This document shows positions 10,352 through 17,624 of a DNA stretch of 32,000 nucleotides, one piece after another. Numbering within the stretch: position 1 is the stretch's first letter; each line of letters opens with the position of its first letter. Both the position numbers and the translations under genes were made by a program. This stretch comes from Methyloligella solikamskensis. Its GTDB lineage: Bacteria > Pseudomonadota > Alphaproteobacteria > Rhizobiales > Methyloligellaceae. The DNA lies in the NCBI RefSeq assembly GCF_042676065.1, contig NZ_JBHTJO010000001.1:2626124-2658123 (forward strand), written 5' to 3'. The notes beneath the pieces are model-generated. The model made no database searches, had not been told where the DNA came from, and worked only from the letters and a program-made list of their open reading frames with translations.

Positions 10352-11158
10352 ATGTCTCTTTCCAGCTTCGACGAAGACGACATTCTGGCGCGCCAGCGCC
10401 GGGACTGGATTGGTGCCGCGGGCCGCGGCGCCATCTTCGCGATCGTGGTGATCGCCAGCGCCTACTACACGGGCCTTCTGGACGCGGAGCGTCTTTCGGA
10501 AGGCCTGCCGGCGCTCTGGACGTTATTCACCGAGATGCTACCGCCGGATTTCTCAGCCTGGAGGGATTGGTGGAAGCCGCTTGCGGACACGTTCGCCATG
10601 AGCATCGCCGGCACGGCGCTGGCCGTTCTGTTCTCGCTGCCGCTCGGGTTTCTGGCGGCGCGGAACACCTCGCCCCACCCGATCGTCTACCGGCTGGTCC
10701 GCACGCTGCTTAACGGCCTGAGGTCCATTCCTGAGCTCATCATGGGCATCGTCTTCGTGGCCGCGGTGGGCTTCGGCGCCCTGCCCGGCGTGCTGGCGCT
10801 TGGCGTTCATTCCATCGGCATGGTGGGCAAGTTCTTCGCCGAGAGCATCGAGCATGTGGACCCTGCGCCAGTCGAGGCGGCGCGGGCGGCCGGCGCATCG
10901 CCCTTCCAGGTGGTGATGCACGCCATCCTTCCCCAGGTGATGCCCCAGATGTCCGACGTCTCGATCTACCGGTGGGAATACAATTTCCGCGCCTCCACCG
11001 TGCTCGGCATGGTCGGTGCCGGCGGTATCGGCTTCGAGCTCATGGCCTCCTTGCGGATCATGAACTACCAGGAGGTCGCCGCACTGCTGATCGTCGTGCT
11101 GGTCATGGTCAGCCTGGTCGACGGGCTCGGCGCTCTGCTGCGGCAGAGGCTGGCGTGA
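10352..11158 (+). CDS. ptxC: Phosphite/phosphonate ABC transporter permease (PhnE-type)
   Basis: 268 aa, multi-TM, with a PhnE-like conserved loop (ESIEHVDPAPVEAARAAGASPFQV). Its stop TGA 11156-11158 shares one base with the ptxD ATG. Confidence 0.8.
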   Translation: MSLSSFDEDDILARQRRDWIGAAGRGAIFAIVVIASAYYTGLLDAERLSEGLPALWTLFTEMLPPDFSAWRDWWKPLADTFAMSIAGTALAVLFSLPLGFLAARNTSPHPIVYRLVRTLLNGLRSIPELIMGIVFVAAVGFGALPGVLALGVHSIGMVGKFFAESIEHVDPAPVEAARAAGASPFQVVMHAILPQVMPQMSDVSIYRWEYNFRASTVLGMVGAGGIGFELMASLRIMNYQEVAALLIVVLVMVSLVDGLGALLRQRLA

Positions 11159-12171
11159 TGGCGAAGATCGTCGTGACGAACCGCATCCACGCCGATGTGC
11201 GCGAGAGGCTCGAGGCGTATGGCGAGGTCGTCGTGAATGCCGAGCCGGAGCCCTGGCCTCAGGCCGAGCTGGAGCGGCTGGCCAGCGATGCGCACGCTCT
11301 CATGACCTTCATGCCGGACTCCATTGGGGCGGCCGAGCTTAGGGCCATGCCCGAACTCAAGCTCCTGGCCTGCGCGCTGAAGGGCTTCGACAATTTCGAT
11401 ATCGAGGCCTGCACCCTTCGCGGCGTCTGGGTGACCATCGTACCGGACCTGCTGACGGTCCCGACGGCGGAGCTGACCATCGGTCTGACGATCGGGCTGG
11501 CCCGCCATGTAATGACCGGCGACTCTCAGGTACGGTCCGGTTTCGAAGGTTGGCGGCCGACCCTCTACGGGACCGGGCTCGCCGGATCGCGAGTCGGCGT
11601 GCTCGGGATCGGCGCCATCGGAAAGGCGATTCTGCAGCGCCTGGCGGGCTTCGAGGTGGACGCGAGCTATTGGGACAAGGCACCGCTTTCGCCTGAAGAC
11701 GAGCGGAAGCTCGGTGCCCGGTTCAGCGCGCTGGAGCCGCTGCTGCGGGAGAGCAACTTCGTCATCTGCGCCCTGCCCCTGACGCCCCAAACCCTTCACA
11801 TCATGAATGAAACCGCCATCGCTCAGCTCAAGCCGGGCGCCTTCCTCATCAACCCGGCGCGCGGGAGCCTGGTCGACGAGAGCGCCGTTGCGGACGCGCT
11901 GGAGAACGGCCGGCTGGCCGGCTACGCCGCCGATGTCTTCGAGATGGAAGATTGGGCGCGGGAGGACCGGCCCCGGCAGATCGAGCCTCGCCTGCTGGCG
12001 ATGGCCGACCGCACTTTGTTCACGCCCCATCTGGGCTCGGCCGTCTCTTCGGTGCGCCACGCCATCGAGATGGAGGCTGCCCGGAGCATCATCGATTTTC
12101 TGGAAGGCCGCAGCCCGCGCGGTGCGGTGAATTCCCCGGCGCAGAGGGTTGGAGAGGCCGAGACATGCTGA
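11158..12171 (+). CDS. ptxD: NAD-dependent phosphite dehydrogenase
   Basis: ORF track 10972-12171, but the real start is ATG 11158 (MAKIVVTNRIH). Long blocks match Pseudomonas stutzeri PtxD as I recall it: MTFMPD, LKGFDNFD, RGVW.T.VPDLLTVPTAEL.IGL, GYAADVFEMEDWAR.DRP and LFTPH.GSAV. The NAD motif is GVLGIGAIG. The catalytic Arg/Glu/His contexts are NPARGS, DVFEMED and TPHLGS. Confidence 0.9.
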   Translation: MAKIVVTNRIHADVRERLEAYGEVVVNAEPEPWPQAELERLASDAHALMTFMPDSIGAAELRAMPELKLLACALKGFDNFDIEACTLRGVWVTIVPDLLTVPTAELTIGLTIGLARHVMTGDSQVRSGFEGWRPTLYGTGLAGSRVGVLGIGAIGKAILQRLAGFEVDASYWDKAPLSPEDERKLGARFSALEPLLRESNFVICALPLTPQTLHIMNETAIAQLKPGAFLINPARGSLVDESAVADALENGRLAGYAADVFEMEDWAREDRPRQIEPRLLAMADRTLFTPHLGSAVSSVRHAIEMEAARSIIDFLEGRSPRGAVNSPAQRVGEAETC

Positions 12172-13049
12172 ACCTCGTCCACGTCAACGCCTTCCTTGCC
12201 GTGCTTCAGACCGGCAGCTTTCACGCGGCCGCAAGACGGCTCGATGTCGGGCAACCGGCCGTGAGCCAATATGTGAAGCAGCTCGAGGTCTCGCTCGGGT
12301 TTCCCCTGATCGAGCGGCGGCGAAAGGGATGCGTGGCCACCCGCCACGGCGAGATCTTCGTCCACTACGCGCGCCGGCTCATCGCCACCGCCGAGTCGGC
12401 CAAAGCCCATGTGCAGGGGACGCGGCTCGCGCTTGGTGCCAGCGGCAATATCGGGGTCTATCTCCTGCCGCAGGCGCTGCAGAGCATTCGCCAGACCACA
12501 GCAGGGCTTGGCGATGTGTCGCTGACCATCGCGACCAATCCGGACATTGCCGAGCAGCTGACCGCGGGCGCTCTGGATCTCGCCGCCATGGAGTGGTGGG
12601 ACGACCGGCCGGGCTTCACCGCAACGCCCTGGCGGCAAGAGAGGCTTGTGGTGATCGTGCCCCCTGACCATCCCTGGGCCACGTTGGAAGCTCTGGAGAT
12701 CGGCCGGCTGAAAGGCGTTCCGCTGTTGGGCGGCGAGCGCGGGTCCGGCACGGGCACCCTCATCCGCAGCCGGTTGGGCCGGCTCGCCGACGACATCGTC
12801 ATGGGCGACAATCTCGGCAGCACCGAAGCGGTCAAGCAGGCCGTGAAGGCCGGGCTCGGCATCTCGCTCGTCTTGGCGAGCGCTGTGACCGAGGACGTCG
12901 CCCGGGCCAGTCTGGTTGCGCTTCCGCTGGACGGGGTGGAGCTGGTCAAGGAGCTGAAGCTCGTGTTGCCGTCGCATCTGCCGCACTCCTCGCCGGCGGC
13001 GCGGCTTGCTGCGACCCTCGCAGCGATCCCTGCCGAAGCGCGAGCCTGA
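12165..13049 (+). CDS. ptxE: LysR-family transcriptional regulator (PtxE-like position)
   Basis: ORF track 11952-13049. ATG 12165 gives MLNLVHVNAFLAVLQTGSFHAAARRLDVGQPAVSQYVKQLE, the canonical LysR HTH N-terminus. It overlaps the ptxD stop by 7 nt. Confidence 0.75.
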   Translation: MLNLVHVNAFLAVLQTGSFHAAARRLDVGQPAVSQYVKQLEVSLGFPLIERRRKGCVATRHGEIFVHYARRLIATAESAKAHVQGTRLALGASGNIGVYLLPQALQSIRQTTAGLGDVSLTIATNPDIAEQLTAGALDLAAMEWWDDRPGFTATPWRQERLVVIVPPDHPWATLEALEIGRLKGVPLLGGERGSGTGTLIRSRLGRLADDIVMGDNLGSTEAVKQAVKAGLGISLVLASAVTEDVARASLVALPLDGVELVKELKLVLPSHLPHSSPAARLAATLAAIPAEARA

Positions 13050-13052
13050 CCC

Positions 13053-13553
13053 TCAACCGCCGAAGCTTTTCGGAAACAGCGCGGCCGCCCCATCCATATC
13101 GCCGGTATCGGCATAGGTGAGCGGAGTTGCGTCCGCATCCAGAATCTTGCCGCCAACCACCTCGCCGGTGACCAGGTTGTGGTCGCCCGCAGGCGCGATG
13201 TATTTCGCCTTGCATTCGAACCAGGCGAGCGCGTCGTTGCGCAAAGGAAGCCCGAACTCCCCCGCGCTCCAGTCCGGCGCGCCGAAATCTTCCGGGGCGC
13301 CGGGCTTGCCGTAGGCTTCCGCCAGATCGAGCTGGTCGGATTTCAGCACATTGACGCTGAAGGCCCCGCCCTTCTCCAGTAACGCGAAAGAGGAGTGCTC
13401 CGGATTGATGCTCAGCGCCAAAAGCATGGGATCGAAGGAGACCTGCATCACCCAGGCGGCGGTGAAGGCATTGCGCTCCTCCCCATCCGCCACGCCGATG
13501 AGATAGAGCCCTTGGGTCAGGCGCTTGAAGAGATCGGGGATCGAGTCGCTCAT
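13053..13553 (-). CDS. Flavin reductase-like (FMN-binding split-barrel) protein
   Basis: ORF track 13053-13664. ATG 13553 (MSDSIPDLFKRL) is preceded by GGGAGGA. Flavin-reductase blocks are GLYLIGV..ERNAFTAAWVMQVSFDP.LLALSI and GDHNLVTGEVV. Confidence 0.75.
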   Translation of the reverse strand: MSDSIPDLFKRLTQGLYLIGVADGEERNAFTAAWVMQVSFDPMLLALSINPEHSSFALLEKGGAFSVNVLKSDQLDLAEAYGKPGAPEDFGAPDWSAGEFGLPLRNDALAWFECKAKYIAPAGDHNLVTGEVVGGKILDADATPLTYADTGDMDGAAALFPKSFGG

Positions 13554-13681
13554 GGTTTCCTCCCTGGCGTGGTCTCTGGCTTGCTCTTCCGAATTGCGAC
13601 GATCCAAAGGCACGGTGATCCGGCGCGATCTGCGCCCCGTAGGCCCTCCCATAGCGAAAACCAAAACTCGGAGGAATACGT

Positions 13682-13948
13682 ATGACTTCCATCACCAAAG
13701 CACTTTCTCTCGCCCTTGGCATCGCCTTCATCACCGCATCCGGCTCTGCCGCTCTGGCTGACCATCACATGAAGGACGGCATGTCCAAGCGGCACATGAA
13801 GATGATGGAAAAGTGCCAGGCCATGCCTAAGGACGAGATGATGCAGAACAAGAAGTGCATGAAGCTGAAGCAGAAGATGGACAGCTCCATGGGCGGAGAA
13901 GAGGCTTCGCCCCATGCCGGCGATCCGAAGCAGGCAATGCCTGAGTAG
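13682..13948 (+). CDS. Small secreted Met/Lys/His-rich protein (possible metal-binding peptide)
   Basis: 88 aa with a GGAGGA SD 7 nt upstream. The signal peptide is MTSITKALSLALGIAFITASGSAALA/DHH. The predicted 62-aa mature part contains 12 Met, 2 Cys and 4 His by direct count (HMKDGM, HMKMM, DEMM, KCMK). The GC3-rich codons are consistent with real coding. Confidence 0.6.
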   Translation: MTSITKALSLALGIAFITASGSAALADHHMKDGMSKRHMKMMEKCQAMPKDEMMQNKKCMKLKQKMDSSMGGEEASPHAGDPKQAMPE

Positions 13949-13966
13949 TTCGGCCTCTAAAGTTGT

Positions 13967-13999
13967 GGTGGGGTGCAGCCAAGGGGGGTGCGCCCCACC
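13967..13999 (+). terminator. Candidate terminator hairpin after the Met-rich ORF
   Basis: GGTGGGGTGC pairs with GCGCCCCACC in a 10-bp stem with one G-T wobble and a 13-nt loop. It is followed by gttctct, a weak T-rich tail. Confidence 0.35.
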
Positions 14000-14168
14000 G
14001 TTCTCTCACGCTCGCGCATCGCCACCGCTGACATCAGCAGCCGGACGCTAACCGGCGCATTTTCCGGCCGCTTCGTCCGGAACTTGGCGCAATTTTTAAT
14101 TGAATTCGACGGCTTCACACGGGAAGATTGGGTCCTCACCTTCGAGTCACAAAACTCCCCGGATATTC

Positions 14169-15143
14169 ATGAGCCGTCCTGCAAAAATCACCTTGTCCGT
14201 TCTCGGCTGCCTTGTGGTGGCCTTCCTCGCCGTCTTCATCGGCATCTATATGTATTGGGGCTGGTACGGCATCAACGTCGTGCTGCAGCGCGGCGGCAGC
14301 CAGTGGGTCACCGTCAGCAAGGACGACGAGCGCATCTCGCCGGCCATGCGACTGGCGCTTCAGGACAACCCGCCTAGCGGGACGGCTGGCGAGCTCGAAT
14401 GGAAAGAGATCGCGCCGGGCTTCGAAGCCGGCACCCTGCCCGTGCTAGTGGACGGCGAGGAAGTCGACAGTTTCCTGCTGGCGCGGATCGATCCGGAGCG
14501 CTTCAAGCTCATCGTGCGCATTTCGCCGCCGGGCGATCACGAGGTCGGCGACTGGATGGACGAGCTCGGCGCCGTGATGGCCGTGAACGGCAGCTATTTC
14601 GCCATGGACGGCTGGCCGGACACGCCGCTCGTCGCGGACGGAAAACGCTACGGTCCGGAGGAGTATGACGCAGACCATGGCGCCTTCGTCGCCAAGGGCA
14701 CGGAAGCGGGCATCGTCGATCTGAAGGACCGCGACTGGCGGGAGGTGCTGGAGGGCGCCGACGACGCCATGGTTTCCTATCCGCTCCTGGTCGACCGGAA
14801 CGGGGAGAGCCGCTCCAAGGGCGACAATCGCTGGCTCGCCAACCGTAATTTCGTGGGCGAGGACAGCTCCGGCCGGATCATCATCGGCACCACGACGGAT
14901 GCCTTCTTCTCACTGAACAGGCTGGCGACGTTCCTGGCCGACTCGCCGCTCGACCTTGCGATCGCGCTCAATCTCGATGGCGGGCCGGTGGCCTGTCAGG
15001 CCATGCAGCTAAACGGCTTTGAGCGGGATTTCTGCGGCGATTGGGAGATCGCGGTGGACGACGAGGAGATCAAGCTCCTCACCCCCATGATCGGCCAAAA
15101 GCGCTGGACCCTGCCCATCGTCTTCGCGGTCATGGAGCGGTGA
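14169..15143 (+). CDS. Membrane-anchored phosphodiester glycosidase family protein (DUF2233/NAGPA-like)
   Basis: ORF track 14100-15143. ATG 14169 gives an N-terminal TM anchor (ITLSVLGCLVVAFLAVFIGIY). Family-like blocks are AVNGSYF, YPLLVDRNG, RNFVGEDSSGRIIIGTT and LNLDGGP. Confidence 0.7.
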   Translation: MSRPAKITLSVLGCLVVAFLAVFIGIYMYWGWYGINVVLQRGGSQWVTVSKDDERISPAMRLALQDNPPSGTAGELEWKEIAPGFEAGTLPVLVDGEEVDSFLLARIDPERFKLIVRISPPGDHEVGDWMDELGAVMAVNGSYFAMDGWPDTPLVADGKRYGPEEYDADHGAFVAKGTEAGIVDLKDRDWREVLEGADDAMVSYPLLVDRNGESRSKGDNRWLANRNFVGEDSSGRIIIGTTTDAFFSLNRLATFLADSPLDLAIALNLDGGPVACQAMQLNGFERDFCGDWEIAVDDEEIKLLTPMIGQKRWTLPIVFAVMER

Positions 15144-15841
15144 TATTGTCTGTCGCGCGGATTTTGATCGGCGCCGTCGTGCTGATCGTGGCAATCGCCG
15201 TCGTCGCGGGGATCTACCTTTTGACCTATAGACCTGACGCCAACCGCTATCCCGTCCGGGGTGTCGATGTCTCTCATCACCAGGGCGATATCGATTGGGG
15301 CAAGGTGGCGGCCGATAATGTCGCCTTCGCCTATATGAAGTCGACCGAAGGCGGCGACTGGCAAGATCGCAAGTTCCTTGAGAACTGGAAGGCGGCGAGA
15401 GAGGCGAGGCTCGCGACGGGCGCGTATCACTTCTTCACGCTGTGCCGGCCGGGGAAGGACCAGGCGGAGAACTTTCTCGCCACCCTGCCGAGGGACGGCT
15501 CGATGCTGCCGCCGGCGGTCGATCTGGAATATGTCGGCAACTGCAAGGAGCGCCCTACCCCGGAAGCGCTAAAGCGCGAGGTCGACGACTTCTTCGGAAT
15601 GGTGGAGAAAGCGCTTGGCCGGGAGGCGATCATCTATGCGCCGGAGGACTTCCTCGCCGACTATCGCGAAGCGCTGCCGGACCGTCCGCTCTGGCGCCGC
15701 TCGGTCTTCCGCCCGCCTCACAGCGACGATTGGCTCCTATGGCAGTACACATTCACCGGCTTCGTCGACGGCATCGAGGGCGGTGTGGACCTGAACGTGC
15801 TGAGCGGAGATAAGGAGACGCTTTCCGATCTGCTTCGGTAG
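15140..15841 (+). CDS. Membrane-anchored GH25 muramidase (lysozyme)
   Basis: ORF track 15041-15841. The likely start is GTG 15140 (GTGA overlap with the upstream stop) or TTG 15146, giving the TM helix ILIGAVVLIVAIAVVAGIYLL. GH25 blocks are RGVDVSHHQGDIDW, FAYMKSTEG and GAYHF, with the D-x-E in PPAVDLEY. Confidence 0.8.
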   Translation: MILSVARILIGAVVLIVAIAVVAGIYLLTYRPDANRYPVRGVDVSHHQGDIDWGKVAADNVAFAYMKSTEGGDWQDRKFLENWKAAREARLATGAYHFFTLCRPGKDQAENFLATLPRDGSMLPPAVDLEYVGNCKERPTPEALKREVDDFFGMVEKALGREAIIYAPEDFLADYREALPDRPLWRRSVFRPPHSDDWLLWQYTFTGFVDGIEGGVDLNVLSGDKETLSDLLR

Positions 15842-15862
15842 CCCGAGGCTCGGCCAAACCCC

Positions 15863-17536
15863 CTACCGCCGCTTCAGCTTACGGCGACGGCCTTTCACGT
15901 TTTTTGGGGCGCCGCCGAGCTTGATCTTGGTGCTGCCGGGCGCGAAGGACGAGAAGTCCGGCATGGAGGGCTGGGCCAGCGGGCCGCCCGGCGCCTTGCC
16001 CCCGGTCTTCAGGAATTCCGCCTGGCTGACCAGGCCCTCGAGCTGGTTCGGCCGGGCCTTGCGTGCTTCCGACCGATAGCGCTCATAGGCCATACGGCTC
16101 AGCGACTGCGCCTTGGCGAGATCCCGGTTCTTGTAGAACCCCTTGGCGATCAGCAGCAGCGTGTAGACCGGCGCGCTGAATAGGTAGGACGTCCCGAGAT
16201 CCATCATCTCGGGGGTCGTGTGCTCCCAGACTTTGAGATTTTCCTGCAGCCTGTCCGACAGCTTCATCTCCTCCCGAGCCACGCGCCAGTATTCGGAATC
16301 CTGCCGGTTGTTCAGGTGATAATGAGCCTGCACGAAGTCCCGCACCTCCTCATAGACCTGGGAAACCTGGCGGTTATAGGCCGCGGCGAGCTCGGGCTCG
16401 AAGTCCTGGGTGGGCAGGTAGTGGTGAAGCCAGCGCGCGCCCAGATCTGTCATGAAGATGGCCGTCGCCTCCAGGGGCTCGATGAAGCCGCAGGAGAGGC
16501 CCAACGCGACGCAGTTCTTCACCCACGCGTTGCGGACCCGGCCGGTGCGCATGGGGATGATGCGGGGCTCGTAGCCCTTGGCCTGGTCGCCGTAGAATTC
16601 CAGCAGCTCGTCGACGGCCTCGTCATCGGAGAGGAACTTGCTGGAATAGATGTAGCCGGTGCCCACGCGGGTGGTGAGTGGGATGTTGAAGTTCCAGCCC
16701 GCCTTGAAGCCGGTGGCCCGCGTCGTGGGCGCCATGATCCGCTCGTCCTCATGGGGAATCTGGACCACGGCGGCGCGGTCGTTCAGCAGGTGATCTGAAT
16801 AGGATTCATAGGGCTCGCCGAGCGCCTGCTGGAGGATCGAGCCGCGAAAGCCCGTGCAGTCGACCACGAGGTCGACAGGGTGCTCGCCATGCTCGCGCAA
16901 GCTCAAGGATTTGACGAACCCCCGCTCGTCGAGATTGACCTCGTCGACATCGTCCAGGATGTGGTTCACGCCCCGGTCGGTGGCGACGTCTTTGAGGAAG
17001 CCCGCCAGCTTCGTCGCGTCGAAGTGATAGGTGTAGCCGAGCTCGCCGCTGAAATCGGGCTCGCCCGGGCGGCGCGGCGCCAGGTTGCGGCGAACGATCT
17101 CCACGGCGGGCGAGAAGAGGCGCACGTAGTCCAGGCCCGCCTCGGGGCCGGCATGGGCCGGATCGTAGGTCACGAAATAATCCGCCAGCTTCCGGCCGTC
17201 GATCTGGCCCGGCGCATTCAGGACATTGAGGAACTCGGTGGGCCGGCCCTTGTCGTCGTGGTTCCAGTTGATGAAATGGGCGGCAACCTTGAAGGTGGCG
17301 TCGGTGAGCTTGAGAAATTCGGATTCGGAAACGCCGAGCTGATTGAGCAGCACGACCATGCCCGGCAGGCTCGCCTCGCCCACGCCGACGATGGGGATGT
17401 TGGGTGACTCGATCAGGGTGATCTTCGGGCCGCGCCTTCCCTCCTTCGCCGTGCAGTAGCGGTTGAGAAAGGTTGCCGTCAGCCAGCCTGCGGTGCCGCC
17501 GCCGACGATGGTAATGCTACGGAGTGGTTCGCCCAT
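15863..17536 (-). CDS. Flavin-dependent halogenase family protein (PrnA/tryptophan-halogenase-like), orphan
   Basis: 557 aa with FAD motif IVGGGTAGW. It aligns by eye to PrnA: GVGEA, ATFKVAAHFINW (Lys83 = PrnA Lys79 position), FIEPLEAT (Glu353 = PrnA Glu346 position) and an identical RDFVQAHY block. The WxWxIP motif reads GWNFNIP, with the second Trp replaced by Phe. The C-terminus is G/P/K-rich and ends KGRRRKLKRR. Confidence 0.85.
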   Translation of the reverse strand: MGEPLRSITIVGGGTAGWLTATFLNRYCTAKEGRRGPKITLIESPNIPIVGVGEASLPGMVVLLNQLGVSESEFLKLTDATFKVAAHFINWNHDDKGRPTEFLNVLNAPGQIDGRKLADYFVTYDPAHAGPEAGLDYVRLFSPAVEIVRRNLAPRRPGEPDFSGELGYTYHFDATKLAGFLKDVATDRGVNHILDDVDEVNLDERGFVKSLSLREHGEHPVDLVVDCTGFRGSILQQALGEPYESYSDHLLNDRAAVVQIPHEDERIMAPTTRATGFKAGWNFNIPLTTRVGTGYIYSSKFLSDDEAVDELLEFYGDQAKGYEPRIIPMRTGRVRNAWVKNCVALGLSCGFIEPLEATAIFMTDLGARWLHHYLPTQDFEPELAAAYNRQVSQVYEEVRDFVQAHYHLNNRQDSEYWRVAREEMKLSDRLQENLKVWEHTTPEMMDLGTSYLFSAPVYTLLLIAKGFYKNRDLAKAQSLSRMAYERYRSEARKARPNQLEGLVSQAEFLKTGGKAPGGPLAQPSMPDFSSFAPGSTKIKLGGAPKNVKGRRRKLKRR

Positions 17537-17624
17537 TTCGCCCCCAGTTCATTCGGGCCCTGAGGCTAGACACAGGCTCAAGGCGTGCCAAGGGCAAATG
17601 GCGTCGCGCGCGCAAGGCTATGGC

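Noticed and set aside
10972-11157. 62-codon N-terminal extension of the ptxD ORF in the ORF track (and 11952-12164 for ptxE)
   Set aside because: The extensions lie inside the upstream genes in another frame and are Arg-rich nonsense. Homology to PtxD and to the LysR HTH begins exactly at ATG 11158 and ATG 12165.
13957-14139. 60-aa minus-strand ORF (and 13973-14377 +) in the gap between the Met-rich gene and the glycosidase gene
   Set aside because: It has no SD and an Arg/Ser/Pro-rich composition. It overlaps the candidate terminator hairpin, so it is treated as non-coding.
15140-15841. GH25 lysozyme as a prophage endolysin
   Set aside because: No holin, spanin, integrase, terminase or structural genes are nearby. 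The enzyme has an N-terminal TM anchor and is translationally coupled to a host-type glycosidase.
15863-17536. Halogenase as the marker of a halogenated natural-product biosynthetic cluster
   Set aside because: No NRPS, PKS, carrier-protein, tailoring or precursor-supply gene lies within 10 kb on either side. The flanking genes are envelope proteins, so a BGC call is not supported.
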